From Phoronis australis (Eukaryota; Animalia; Phoronida), in the NCBI GenBank assembly GCA_002633005.1, contig NMRA01000909.1, forward strand, positions 12,177-76,176: a DNA stretch of 64,000 nucleotides, given 5' to 3'. Position 1 is the first letter of the stretch; every line of letters starts with the position of its first letter. Made by a program: the position numbers and the translations under genes. The notes under the pieces are model-generated. The model had not been told where the DNA came from, searched no databases, and saw nothing but the letters and a program-made list of their open reading frames with translations. Shown piece after piece: positions 1-12,738 of the stretch.

Positions 1-124
1 TAATTTTGCACGATACCAGTCGTAGCCCATTCTTGTACACAGCAGAGTTTGGGTCTTCAAATGGTGCTCGGAATTCTTCTTCGGTTCGAACATAATGCAA
101 GTTATTGGTGTTCAAAAATTCCTC
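1..124 (-). CDS. SABATH-family methyltransferase, exon 7 (runs off window)
   Basis: Acceptor GTTTTAG| at 126-125; EEFLNTNNLHYVRTEEEFRAPFEDPNSAVYKNGLRLVSCKI matches the Y.RT.EEF..PF motif; open to window edge. Confidence 0.88.
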
Positions 125-365
125 CTAAAACGGATCAATGTTTCATGTTGTAAGGCATCTGAACTGACAATTATGTGAAGAAAAGTTTTGTTTCAAAATT
201 CAATTTTGGGGGTGTAGGAATAGGGTCAAACTAGAGACAGAGAGTGAGAGCTATATCAGAATGTTACAAGGATTTCAACCAAGTAGTTAGGTGTACACCT
301 TACTTGGATGACAATCAACAAAAGTTGCAAAGCGCACGCCACCTTGTGGTATCCAGAAATGGTTA

Positions 366-924
366 AACAAGAGCAACGCGAAGCGCTGAAATGCGCCCAC
401 GAACGCAACGTTAAAAGGCTTCAAATGGCCACTAGATGACACAAAAACATCCAATTCGTTAGAAAATTGAATCAAGCCATAGCTTCTTTAATAGAAAGCT
501 ATTTTGCCAAATTTCATACAAATCTGTCAAGGAATTTCAGAGAAACAAAGGAAAATGAAAAAAAAATGAAATTGTCATTAAGGGGCACAGCGTTTGTTGA
601 GTCCGCCTGAAAGTTGTCGTCGTCTGTTGTTAGCTTCGTATAAATACACTTACTAACTTTAATAAAGGTCCTGCTGTGGGTTTAGGAGATACAGCCATGG
701 GTGCAAAATAAAACAGAAGTACCACTAGGAGGCACCACAGTAGCCAAAATTGTCATCGTCAACCACCCTCTTCACTACAAACACCAATTTTTAAAATCAT
801 CCTTGAATAGTTTGGTTGATAGAGGGGTGGAAGGCAAAAAAACACTCGAAAACAGCAAAATATGATTCCTACATATTCCAAATTTAATGAAAATTCGTTG
901 AGGACTTTTGAAGATAAAGAGGTA
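366..924. mobile_element. HINE/pearl-like non-autonomous Helentron family 1, copy A (interrupted; resumes at 4127-4159)
   Basis: Begins AACAAGAGCAACGCGAAGCGCTGAAATGCGCCCACG like copies B, C and E; consensus GAAGATACAGAGGTA|AACGTAAAAAA is split at TA by the 925-4126 insertion. Confidence 0.7.
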
Positions 925-1586
925 TCGTATTTGCCCTATTAAGCGCCCAGGGTGCTTAGAAAGATTCGCTTCAGGAAGGGGGTGCTATCCCAAAAGTGGT
1001 TGAAACCCGGTCTCCGAAACAGGTGAAATCGTAAGCTAGAATTCATCAAATTTACGCTGTGATGCATCTGTAACCTACGACAAATTTTCTACAAAATTGG
1101 AGAGCATTGCTATCAAACTTTGTTGTTAATTAACAAGCATTTTTTAGAAAATCCCAGTGCGAAAACACGCCGACTCAGATGCGTCGCTGCCTCGTGATTG
1201 CCGATAGGTCAACTAGAATTCTTGAGTAAAAATAAATTACCTGAAGTCCTTAAGTTTTAAAAATAGCGCACGTAAGATTCCTGCAGGGTCGGGATTAACA
1301 TGTGCGCACCCAGCCTTCACCACCATGGGGGGGGGCTCGAATTTCTGACGTTGTGGACCTTTTGGTAACAAAAGGGCGGATGGACTAAAAAAAATTGGAG
1401 CACCACTGCGAATTGCGGATTTGCGCGTTTGTGCTTATTTCGGGACTTTTGTTCCATTTTGTCGTACTTCTTGCCTCTCAGGGGCGGATCTTTTTGCCTA
1501 TTTCGCCAAATGGAGGGGGGGGGGTCATTTGACACCCCCCCCCCGGGTGCGCGCAAGACTAACTGCATATAAGTCCAAATCTGCCA

Positions 1587-3093
1587 TAGACCCTATTCAC
1601 GCCGACAGGAGGCGCGTTCCAAAACGAGGCTCGCTACGATAGCTCTGTCAGCTTATCGGCATAGGAGTCTGTGTTTCAGTCCGTGTTGTTCCCCGAACGG
1701 CTAGAAAAAATACGGACACGCTTCACAATCTCTAAAGACGTTTAGATTCGGAAGCGTTGTGTCGTTGCCATACGCCGACGAAGCAAAATATGTCCGTGTA
1801 ATATAAATGTTTTCGAAAAGTTAGATCATATTTTGTCGCATCCGCGGTCAGTTGTCAAGCATCACAGTAACTACCGGAGAATGGGCCAGCCAGGTTGTAT
1901 TTTCATGACTACGGATTCAGGGGGGGGGGCTAAAATTGTATCAGATCCCATTTTTGAGTTCGGGTGCGAATTGCTGACTAGCACGTGCGCAACCGGGGGG
2001 TCTTGGGGTGAATAAACAACGCATAGGCGCTGAATGAACCCCGTTTACCGTTTTTTTTAGTCAACAGGTCCGCAAACCCAAGAATTCAAGACCCCTGCNN
2101 NNNNNNNNNNNNNNNNNNNNNNNNNNNNNNNNNNNNNNNNNNNNNNNNNNNNNNNNNNNNNNNNNNNNNNNNNNNNNNNNNNNNNNNNNNNNNNNNNNNN
2201 NNNNNNNNNNNNNNNNNNNNNNNNNNNNNNNNNNNNNNNNNNNNNNNNNNNNNNNNNNNNNNNNNNNNNNNNNNNNNNNNNNNNNNNNNNNNNNNNNNNN
2301 NNNNNNNNNNNNNNNNNNNNNNNNNNNNNNNNNNNNNNNNNNNNNNNNNNNNNNNNNNNNNNNNNNNNNNNNNNNNNNNNNNNNNNNNNNNNNNNNNNNN
2401 NNNNNNNNNNNNNNNNNNNNNNNNNNNNNNNNNNNNNNNNNNNNNNNNNNNNNNNNNNNNNNNNNNNNNNNNNNNNNNNNNNNNNNNNNNNNNNNNNNNN
2501 NNNNNNNNNNNNNNNNNNNNNNNNNNNNNNNNNNNNNNNNNNNNNNNNNNNNNNNNNNNNNNNNNNNNNNNNNNNNNNNNNNNNNNNNNNNNNNNNNNNN
2601 NNNNNNNNNNNNNNNNNNNNNNNNNNNNNNNNNNNNNNNNNNNNNNNNNNNNNNNNNNNNNNNNNNNNNNNNNNNNNNNNNNNNNNNNNNNNNNNNNNNN
2701 NNNNNNNNNNNNNNNNNNNNNNNNNNNNNNNNNNNNNNNNNNNNNNNNNNNNNNNNNNNNNNNNNNNNNNNNNNNNNNNNNNNNNNNNNNNNNNNNNNNN
2801 NNNNNNNNNNNNNNNNNNNNNNNNNNNNNNNNNNNNNNNNNNNNNNNNNNNNNNNNNNNNNNNNNNNNNNNNNNNNNAAACCCTTTCGTCAGACAACTCT
2901 TTGACGCCTTAACTTGTTATCTAATGTAATTTTCTACGTCTGTGTGGTTTAATTGTTGACACATTATTAAAATTCAATATCCAGGTTGGACTCGAAAGAC
3001 CGGCTATTTAACTCACGCAATGTCTACTTTCGCTTTATTTATCGCAGTGAGCCTCGCTTTGGATTTTAATGTCCGCCGCGTGAATAGAGTCTA
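1587..3093. mobile_element. TIR element (ISL2EU/Harbinger-related) with THAP relic, nested; spans an assembly gap
   Basis: ATAGACCCTATTCACGC at 1587 and GCGTGAATAGAGTCTAT at ~3077-3093; left arm is homologous to 35530-35790 (reverse strand); reads ...IRKRCVVAIRR. Confidence 0.6.
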
Positions 3094-3689
3094 TAGATCG
3101 TACTCCGCAACACAACAAAAATCTCTGGCCGAACACACGTTGTTGTCACGTGATGTTTGTTCTGAAGTACGTCTGCATATTGTGTGAGAGAGCGAGCGCG
3201 TGCGTGTCATCAGAGTACTTGTCAGAGTAAACGCGATGTTACGATCTAGGTGTGCATTGTAACTAAGAAAATTAACACAAGCAGTAAAGCAGAACGTGTT
3301 TTATTTAGCACTTGTCGATCTCATCTGCTGAAAAACGTTTAAGAATTGTCTCGATAAAGCCGATGTCATTGAGTCGCTGGGTGACTGGATGCGTGACAGT
3401 CTAACAGTTATTTTTCGGGAGATTTGGGGGTGTAAGGGTGCAGAAGTGTTTACCATCAGTGGGTCATTTTGACTTTAAAAACACCAATTACGACTAATTT
3501 AATAATGCCCCCGTAAAATTAACGCATTTTTAGAGTATTAGAAACTTTCGGAAATAAGTGCCAGTATTTAATTCTTGCCGATGCTATGCTACCCGTTTCA
3601 TGAATAGATAGCTCCCGAAGACTAATCTTCCTTGACAGATTCTTGAATGTAGCGCGTGCTTCCTAGCCACGTGCTTTTAACTGAACAAA

Positions 3690-3950
3690 GGTCAAGTTTT
3701 TATGAGTCTTTGATTCGCGGTATTCACTTGTACAAAGAGATTTGGATTCCTGTTGAGGGAGAAGATATGTACGGGAAAAATACTTTATCCTTTTGGCAAG
3801 TACGCTGCATCTGTTCTGAAAGGGCAGACCATAATAGCACACGATAAGCAAAACTTGCGTTCTTTTTGAAGACGGCGGAAGTTTGAAGCGTATAGTCCTG
3901 GCTAAATACCAACATAACGGTGAGGCTTGTAGTCTATAAATTATGCGCAC
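3690..3950 (+). pseudogene. HIRAN-like domain relic inside the TA-flanked transposon
   Basis: FYESLIRGIHLYKEIWIPVEGED resembles the S..RG.H.Y...W.P..GE motif of HIRAN-like, transposon-associated invertebrate proteins; frame breaks downstream. Confidence 0.5.
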
Positions 3951-4159
3951 AATGATATTTTCTGGACTGTCGGATGTTATTGATGAATTGAAGACGTTAC
4001 TGTAGAATTTAAGAACTGTAGGTAAGGAATTTTTGGCATGCTCATGAACAGGGCGCTTATATTAGCAAAGTCTGAAAACGCGTGGGGGCGCTTATGGGGC
4101 ATGGGCGCTTATTAAGGCGAAAACGGTAAACGTAAAAAAATAAAAATTGCCACTATCAA

Positions 4160-5850
4160 AACAAGATCAACGCGGAGCGTTGAAATGTGCCTACGAATGC
4201 ATCGAAAATGGTGTGCTTTTAGGGTTATTTCTTTGTATCACAAAAATGGCCATAAGATGACACAAAAATGCACAATCCACCCAAAAACGGGAACATGCCT
4301 TTTTTAATAAAATTCCGTCAAGGAAAACGGAACAAAATGAAATTGCCACTTGTGGGCACAGTGTCCGTTCGAACCGCCTAAAAGTCGTCGTATGTTATCT
4401 TCATATTAATCCACATACTAAATTTAATAAAGATCTTGTAGTGGGTTTTGCAGATACAGCTATGGGCGAAAAACAAAACTACCACTAGGAGGCGCCACAG
4501 TAGACAGTCGTCATAATCAAAGCTCCCCTTCACACAGAAAACATACGCTAATTTTCGAAACCATCCCTAGAATGATTTGGTTGATCAAGGGGTGGACGCC
4601 AAAAACAAGATTTGAAAACAGCAAAAATGGCCACTAGGTGACGCAAAATATCTTGCTTCCATCCAAAAACAGGATAATAGATGCCTATATTCAAAACTTT
4701 ATGAAAATCTGTTGAGGACCTTTGAAGATACGGACTGGTAAACGTAAAAAACTATAATTGTCACTAGGGTGCATACGAGTAGTCAGATCCGTCCGAAAAT
4801 CGTTGTCGTCTGTTGTCAAAATCGTATAAATACACTTGCTAAATAAATTTAAGATCCTGTAAACACTTTAGGAGATACAGCCATGAGCCCAAAAAACAAA
4901 ACTCCCACTAGGAGGCGCCACAGTAGTCAAACTCGTCGGAAAATCATCGGCAGCCATCCACTTCATAATAAAAACACATATGCCAATTCCACTATTATCC
5001 TGAAAGCGGTTTGGTTGATAGACGAGTGGACGCCAAAAACAGACTAAAAAACAAAAAATGGCCACTAGGTGGTGCAAACGAGATCAAATCCATCTGAAAA
5101 CGAAGAGATAGCGTCACTTCATTAACATATGCCAGTATGCCAAATTTTATGAAAATACATTGAGGACCTTTAAACATACAGAGGTAAACGCAAAAAAATA
5201 AAATTGCCACTGGGGAGCACACCAGTAGTAAGATCTGCCTAAAAGTCCTCGTCCTTCGTTGTTGACATCATATAAATACACTTGCTAAAGGTCCTCCAAA
5301 CGGTTTAGGAGATACAGCCATAGGCGCAAAAAAACTGCCACTAGGAGGCGCCACAGTAGTCGAAGTCGTTGGAAAATCATCGTCAACCGTCATAGTAAAA
5401 ACATACAAGCCAAATTTTTCACAATCATACTAAGCGGTTTGGTTTATAGAGAGGTGGACGCTAAGAAGCAGACTCGAAAACAGTAAAAATGGCCACTAGT
5501 TGGTGCAAACTACGCCAAATCCATCCGAAAACATGAAGTTACCTTCGCCTCACTAATAGATGCCTATATACCAAATTTTGTGAAAATATATTGAGGACCT
5601 TTGAAGATACAGAGATAAACGTCAAAAGCTAAAATTGCCACTAGGGGGCACACTGGTCGTCGGATCCGTCCGAAAGTTCGCTCATGCCGTTCCAGCTGTA
5701 AAGGCAACATACGTGCAAAATTTCATGAACATATGTCAATCGGTTTTGGAGATAGAGTAGCGAACGCCGTAAGGACGCCGCCCGGACGGACGGACGGGGT
5801 TGACAGCATAATGCGTCCACATCATGATATAAATATGTGGGCGCCTAAGA
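4160..5850. mobile_element. HINE/pearl-like family 1, copy B (complete)
   Basis: AACAAGATCAACGCGGAGCGTTGAAATG start; internal ~430-bp trimeric tandem units; (GGAC)n at 5784-5797; terminal hairpin ATGCGTCCACAT...ATGTGGGCGC, inverse to the family's 5' TGCGCCCAC. Confidence 0.8.
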
Positions 5851-5884
5851 ACCGGACAATCGCCGCACAAATAAAAAAGTTGTT

Positions 5885-5926
5885 CAATCAACGTTTCGTC
5901 TATTAATTGGACATCTTCAGGATCAT
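5885..5926 (-). ncRNA. Minimal type-I hammerhead ribozyme motif in the Penelope 3' pLTR
   Basis: Minus strand UGAUC-CUGAAGA-U-GUCCAAUUAAUAGAC-GAAAC-GUU-GAUUG: core CUGANGA/GAAA, helix II, helix I GAUC/GAUU, palindromic AACGUU in place of helix III. Confidence 0.7.
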
Positions 5927-6981
5927 GTTTACAAAAGACAGCAAGTGCCAAAATACAGCTCAGGTAACATCCATAAAGTGAAGTGAGAGATACAGGGAAT
6001 GTAGACAGTAGCTGGACCAGGTCATAACCTTAGTTGCAGGGACACTGAGGTCTGCATGTTATTCAGAGAATCAGTAGCATGCTGGTTGTGAATGGCCAAT
6101 GACTCTTTGATGTACAGTAATGTCTTATTAGGTTCTCTGAAGATAATACTAACTGAATTGGCTTGGTGATTGTTGCTAACACAATGCCTATATATGTTGC
6201 TTTTCTCTGAAATGTGATGTTCTTTCAGCCTGTCACAGAAGCATCTTTGTGTGAGTCCGGTATAGAATTCAGTTGTCACATTCAACCTTCTAAAAAACAT
6301 TGCTCTTGTTCAATAAAGGGATGGGTGACTTCAGTTTACACAGCATATTGGAAAGTTTCCAAAGAGGTTTGAAAACAACTATCAGTTCAATGGCTGGGTC
6401 TATGCAATGAATAAGGCGAGATAATTGATGTTTCAATTTTGTACTACTTGGCCGGTGTAATCAGGAGAAAAGAACAAATTTCTTTTTCTCGGGTCCAATA
6501 ACAGCTACCAAATCTGTATCATTCATTTTTGAAAGGAAGCGCCTTTTACAGCTATTCAAAAATTTCAGAGTGTAACCATTGGCACGCAATAACTGGAAAA
6601 TCCAAGCTAAGTCACTATCAAAACTTAAATTGGTGGAACAAATTCTCCAGGCACGGTGTAACAAGCAATTGACTAGACCTCTCTTGTAGTGGATCGCTAC
6701 AAAACTATCAAATTTAAGATAAAGCTTACGATACACAGAAGTAACAACGGTACTATTCTCACGTTTAGCTAAAACATCTAGAAAAGGTATAGTAAACACG
6801 ACTCGTGCTCAGATTCACTGGTGAAGTTGTTGGACGGATGCACATTGTTCATGTGATTGAAAAAGGTGTTGACTGAGTTCTTGGATGAAAACACAACAAA
6901 TGTATCGTCCACATTCCTGCGATAAAATTGTGGTTCATAATCCGGTGGATAACTAGCCAGAGGCTCAGTCCTTTGTAAATA

Positions 6982-7022
6982 TGATCCTGATGATGTCTAA
7001 TGTATAGACAAAACGTTGACCG
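6982..7022 (+). ncRNA. Hammerhead ribozyme motif with mutated core in the inverted pLTR
   Basis: UGAUC-CUGAUGA-U-GUCUA-AUGUA-UAGAC-AAAAC-GUU-GACCG; GAAAC has become AAAAC. Confidence 0.6.
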
Positions 7023-7831
7023 AACATGAACTTTTTTATTTGCCCGGCGATCGTCCCGTGTTTAATCTTACTGTGGCCAAAAACCGATTTATGTAACAGA
7101 CATGCAATTGGGCCCCATCTACACTACCTAACCATCTACTACATGTAAATAACAGGCATTAAGTGTGTGTATAAGACTATATTTGTTGCAACAAACACGA
7201 GTAGTTAAGCCCATCTACTAAATAACAGGCATATGTGAGCAGGTAACAGTTTTGTTGCAAAGAACACAAATGGTTTACATCCAATTAAACTCATTACTCC
7301 CTCTTGTAGCCCAGACATCAATCAACTCCACCTCACTTGCTATCTCCGTTTGCATAGTTTTGCAATTTTACAACGCGGTGGGTCAGCTATGGGATGTTGG
7401 ATTAACCAACTAACCAAGTGACTCTTCTTTTGGATAGTTTTACGATATGACCACCAGGTGGGACAGCTATTGAATGTTAGATGTCAGCCAACTAACCAAC
7501 TCTTTCTTGGGATAGTTTGACAGTTTGACTACCAGGTGTGATAGTAGTAATGTGTACTCCTAACTAGTTGTTTGACATCCATGTAAGATTCTGACATGTA
7601 TTGAGGGTGAGTGCTAGGAACAAGGGAGGTAGGGACAACTAAAATATTTTCCAAAAGTATCGGGAATATGTTCGTTTAGTACCACCAGATCACCTTACTA
7701 AGTTAGATTTTTGGAAACGGAGGCTATTAGATACCAATAGCAATTTTTTAATAGAATTTCACTAAAGCAGCACGAAGTATGTGAAAGAAAATATCCATGC
7801 ATATGCGTGTTATAATGGCTGGCTTGCGTAC

Positions 7832-7968
7832 CTCATTAATCAATCCTTCTAATTCCATCTTCTTCCATACTCTTGTGAAATTGGCAAACATATCGACTTT
7901 ACTGAGGTAGTTTCCACTATATCTACCTTGATTGTCCATGCCCATAGCCTCGATGACAAAATGACCCC
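7832..7968 (-). CDS. SABATH-family methyltransferase, exon 6
   Basis: Acceptor TTTTTGTTATAG|, donor |GTACGC, 137 nt, phase 1-0; GGHFVIEAMGMDNQGRYSGNYLSKVDMFANFTRVWKKMELEGLINE (W..M..EG.I motif). Confidence 0.88.
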
Positions 7969-9205
7969 CTATAACAAAAACAAAATGGCAACAGTAGCAC
8001 GTAGTTCCATTATCATTTAGACGCCATATGTGTAACTTGTCTGGGAAGACTTCAATGCATTTTAAGTGCGAGAGAAGTCTTTATCAGCCATTTTCAAACC
8101 TTTTGATTTTTGACACTTGCAGCACTTTTGAACAATATTTATGAGTTGTACGGGGTGGGTCGATTAGCCTGAAAATGTGCTCTTGTGTTATGCTCCATTG
8201 GTAGAATAATATCGCGTCTCAGATTTTTATTTTGCTTTGAACAACATCCAAAATAAAAACTTTTTGCGATAATTTAAAATGATACTTTGTTGGCTGCTAT
8301 CTCTGTTGTTATACTGAAATAAAAAATCTTAGAAAAGGTATTGACAGCAAGTACAAATACTTGGAAAACAAGTCAACGGGAAATTCCTTTTTGTAGAAGT
8401 TCATATCCATAGCAAAAATACTGCTAAAAAACTGGCGGTAATGTGATTATAAACGAGCGTGCATAATGCGACTACTGCTTTACAACTGCTTAAGGCAATT
8501 TATTTTCACAAGTTTGAATTTACACAATAATTAAGAATGAAACGGGATATAAAAAACATTTTTAACACCAAAATATGATTAATAACGGATTTAAATTGAG
8601 TCAGATACTAAAACTCAGTGAAAACATAGATTATAAACAACAGCTTCGCAATTTCTTATGTACTATCATAGAAGAGGCGCCACTCTCCTAAATTACCAAT
8701 TTGTTTCCAGTTAGAGTATTGTGACGTAAAACCCTTGAATCTATTTTATTGTCCACAACAATGAAAAAATAATAATTTCGGCATTGAAACTCTGTTCAAA
8801 GGCTTTCAAAAAAGAACTGTTGGCATCGTGAATACTTTTAGCACCCCACCACACGAGCATGATTAGCAGATGATGTACTTGCCAGAAGTAAAAAAAAAAT
8901 TGCCAGGTGTCGCTAGTGAATAATGACGTCACGGCTAATGCGTAAGATCACAGATTTCGTTCACTGAAAATATACGGATTTGGCGGTCCATGCAGAAAAT
9001 AAACCTCTGAAAAGTTTTAATTAAGGTATCCTACCAGCAACACTGTACACGAAGGAGATTGTAGATTATTTTAAACTTTTAGCAGTGTGTTCGTTGGCAA
9101 CAATACTAAAAGTAAATCAACAATCGGTAGTCATCACCACCGTCAGTGTCAACTTTTTATTTCTTAGAATATAAAAACATGTAGGCAAACAGGTCTCAAT
9201 GTAAT

Positions 9206-11424
9206 ACAAGAGCAGCGCGGTGCGTTGAAATGCACCCACGAATGCATTGCAAATGGTGTGCTTTTAGGGTTATTATTTGTACCATAAAAATGGCCCCTAG
9301 ATGGCGCAAAACATACAATCCATCCAAAAACAGGAACATTCAATATTTCATAAAAATCTGTCACGAAAGTTCAGAGAAACAAAGGAAAACAGAATATAAT
9401 GAAATTGCCACTAGTGGGCTCAGTGTCCGTTGGATCCGCCTGAATGCCGTCGTCGTCTGTTGTTATCTTCATATAAATACACTTACTAAATTTAATAAAG
9501 ATCCTGCAGTGGGTTTAGGAGATACAACTATGGGCGCAAAACAAAACTACCACTAGGAGGCGCCACAGTAGTCAGTCACGATCATCAAAGGTCGTCTTCA
9601 CACGGCGAACACATATGCCAATTTTCAAATAATTTGGTTGATACGGAGGTGGACGCCAAAAACAAGATTTGAAAACTGCAAAAATGGCCACTAGGTGGTG
9701 CAAAATACCTCGATTCCATCCAAAAACAGGAAGATAGCGTCATCACACCAATAGATGCCTAAATTTAAAATTTCTTGAAAATCTGTTGAGGACCTTTGAA
9801 GATACAGTTAAACGTAAAAACTAAACTTGCCACTGACTAGGGGGCAGAGCAGTAGTCAGATCTGTCCAAAAGTCGTCATCATCTGTTGTCAACATCATAT
9901 AAATACACTTGCTAAATTAAGTAAAGATCCTGAAAACAGTCTAGGAGACAAAGCCATCAGCGCAAAAAAACTGCCAATACTAATCGAAATCATCGGAAAA
10001 TCATTGTCAGTCGTCCCTTTCATAGTAAGAACATACATGCCAATTTCACAATCATCCTTTGAGCGGTTAGGTTGATAGAGGGGTGGACGCAAAAAAAAAC
10101 AGACTAAAAACAGTAAAAACGGCCACTAGGTGACGTAAACTACATCGAATCCATCCGAAAATGGGAGGATAGCGTCATCTCACTAATAGGTGCCTACATA
10201 CCAAATTTCATGAAAATCCGTTAAGGAAAAAAACGTCCAATCCATCTGAAGATAGTTACATGCGATCGCTTTTTTAATAGAAAGCTATTTCCCAAATTTC
10301 ATAAAAATCTGTCAAGGAACTTCAGAGAAACAAAGGAAAACAAAAAATAATGAAATTACCACTTTGGGACACAGCATTCATTGAATACGCCTGAAAAACG
10401 TAGTCATCTGTTGTTAGCTTCACATAAATACAATAACTAAATTTAATAAAGATCCTGTAGTGATTTTAGTTGATGCAGCTATAGGCGCAAAACAAAACAA
10501 AACTACCACTAGGAGGCGCTACAGTAGACGTATGCGTTATCGTCAACCGTCCTCTTCACACTGAGAACATATACACCAATTTTCAAAGTCATCCTCAGAA
10601 TGGTTTGGTTGATCGAGGGGTGGACGCTAAACAACAAGACCTGAAAACAGGAAAAATGGCCACTAGGTGGCGCAAAAGTTCCTCGATTCCATCCAAAAGC
10701 GGGAGGATAGCATCATGTCGCCGATAAATGCGTATATTCCAAATTTTCTGATAATCCGTTGAGGACCTTTGAAGATACAGAGGTAAGGCTAAAAAATGAA
10801 AATTGCCACTAGGAGGCACACTGGTAGTCAGATCCGTCAGAAAGTTGTTATCATCTGTTGTTAACATCATATAAATACACTTGCTAAATTTAGCAACGAT
10901 GCTGCAAACGGTTTAGAAGATACAGCCATGGGCGAAAAAAAGAGACAAAACTGCCACTAGGAGGCGCCACAGTAGTCGAAATCGTCGTAAAATCATCGTC
11001 AGCCGTCCTCGTTATAATAAAAACATACATGGCAATTGACACGATCATACTTAGAGCGGTTTGTTTGAGAGAGGGAAGGACACTAAAAAAACAGACTCGA
11101 AAACTGCAAAAATGGCTACGTCAAATTTATCATTCGAAAACAGGAGGATAGCGTCATCTCACTAACAGATGCCTATATGTCAAATTTCATGAAAATACGT
11201 TTAGGACTTTTGAAGATATAGAGGTAAGCGTCAAAAACTAAAATTGCCACTAGGGGGCACACCGGTTGTTGGATCCGTCTGAAAATTAAGTCATGTCGTC
11301 TCATCCATGATAGGAACATATGCGAAAAATTTCATAAACGTACGTCAAAGGGATTTTGAGATAGAGCAGCGGACGCCGGACGGACGGAGATGAGGGCATA
11401 ATGCGTGCACATGTGGGCAATTAA
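9206..11424. mobile_element. HINE/pearl-like family 1, copy C
   Basis: Same ACAAGAGCAGCGCGG start, internal tandem array, GGACGCCGGACGGACGGA microsatellite and ATGCGTGCACATGTGGGC end. Confidence 0.8.
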
Positions 11425-11504
11425 TGATTATGAACTGCCTAACCAGTAAAACACCAATGAACAAAGCTAACATTATGAGACTTTACACGGAAAATTTGAT
11501 AGTG

Positions 11505-12321
11505 ACACTTAGGGCGGTTTGGTTGATAGAGGAGTGACTATCAAAAAACAGACTCAAAAACAGCAAAAATAGCCACTAGGTGGTTCAAACTACGTTAAAC
11601 CCTTCCGAAAACAGGAGGATAGCGTCATCTCACTAATAGATGCCTATATGCCACATTTTAAGAAAATACGTAGAGGATCCTTCGAAGATAAAGAGGTAAA
11701 CGTAGAAAACTAAAATTGCCACTAGGGGACACACCGGTAGTCAGATCTGTCTGAAAGTTGTCGTCATCCATTGCCAACATCATATAAATATACTTGCTAA
11801 ATTTAGTAAAGACCCTGCCAACGATTTAGGAGATACAGTCACAAAACAATGCCAATAGGAGGCGCCACAGTAGTCGAAATCATTGGAAAATCATCATATT
11901 AAGAACATATATGCCAATTTTCACAATCATCCTTAGAGCAATTTGTTTGATAGAGGGATGGACGCCAAAAGACAGACTCGAAAACAGCAAAAATGGTCAT
12001 TAGGAGGCGCAAACTACGTCGAATCCATCCGAAAACGGGAGGATAACGTCATCTCACTAATAGATGCCTATATGCCACGTTTTATGAAAATACATCGAGG
12101 ACCTTTAAGATAAACATTAAAATTGCCAAATAGGGGACACACCGGTAGTCGGATCCGTCCGAAAGTTCCCTCATGCCGCCACATCCATTAAAGGAACACA
12201 ATGCAAAATTTCATGAACGTACGTCAAAGGACTTTGGAGATAGAGCAGTGGACGCCCGACCGACGGACGGAGATGACGACATAATGCCTCCCACTAAAAA
12301 TGTGTGGGCGCATAACAAAAA
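11505..12321. mobile_element. HINE/pearl-like family 1, copy D (partial)
   Basis: Starts mid-array; ends CGACGGACGGAGATGAC...TGCCTCCCAC...GTGGGCGCATAACAAAAA. Confidence 0.75.
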
Positions 12322-12607
12322 TGAAGCGGAAATAGTATCTTTAAGGCATACTCTATCATGGTCTATGTATAACTGCTTTATTTAGATTTCCTTACACTTA
12401 TATAGGTTTTTTTGGTTTGTTCTATTTTTTGCTTGTTGTATCACATCCATATATATGGTGAATTAATTCATGATAAGCGACTTAGTATTTCTATTTTGCA
12501 TCTTGTGCTTTACTCAAAAAGTATTTTATTTTAGGTCAATTAATTTAATCATATAACCATATCCATATTACTTAGTCACTTGACTTACAACCACAACGAG
12601 TAGTCAC

Positions 12608-12738
12608 CTTTCTTTAACTCAATAGCTCTATTCACTAACATGGACTCCCATTCCTGAGCAGCGTGGTCGCGAATTCGCACCTTTTCCGTCGAATCTGTAA
12701 TCTGGGTCGAATGAGTACCACCCGTAATTTTGCAGGGC
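12608..12738 (-). CDS. SABATH-family methyltransferase, exon 5
   Basis: Acceptor TTCCTAG|, donor |GTGACT, 131 nt, phase 2-1; (L)PCKITGGTHSTQITDSTEKVRIRDHAAQEWESMLVNRAIELKK matches Q...D...FL..RA.EL..GG. Confidence 0.88.

Larger units (their letters stand above)
925..4126. mobile_element. Non-autonomous TIR DNA transposon with TA duplication (Tc1/mariner/pogo-like)
   Basis: Left end TCGTATTTGCCCTATTAAGCGCCCA versus reverse complement of right end CCGTTTTCGCCTTAATAAGCGCCCA; TA at 923-924 and 4127-4128; host repeat rejoins cleanly. Confidence 0.8.
5851..7060 (-). mobile_element. 5'-truncated Penelope-like retroelement (RT C-terminus + GIY-YIG relic) with inverted pLTRs
   Basis: Minus strand reads PQFYRRNVDDTFVVF (~6930-6885), IPFLDVL..TSVYRK..LLHRAWRICS (6799-6461) and FYTGLTQRCFCDRLKEH..IKESLAI (6300-6022); 5851-5940 is inverted-homologous to 6968-7060. 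Confidence 0.9.

Noticed and set aside
2057-2896. Long ORFs listed across N runs (also 42611-43705 and 48798-49256)
   Set aside because: Artefacts of assembly gaps; only the LINE frame flanking the second gap is real.
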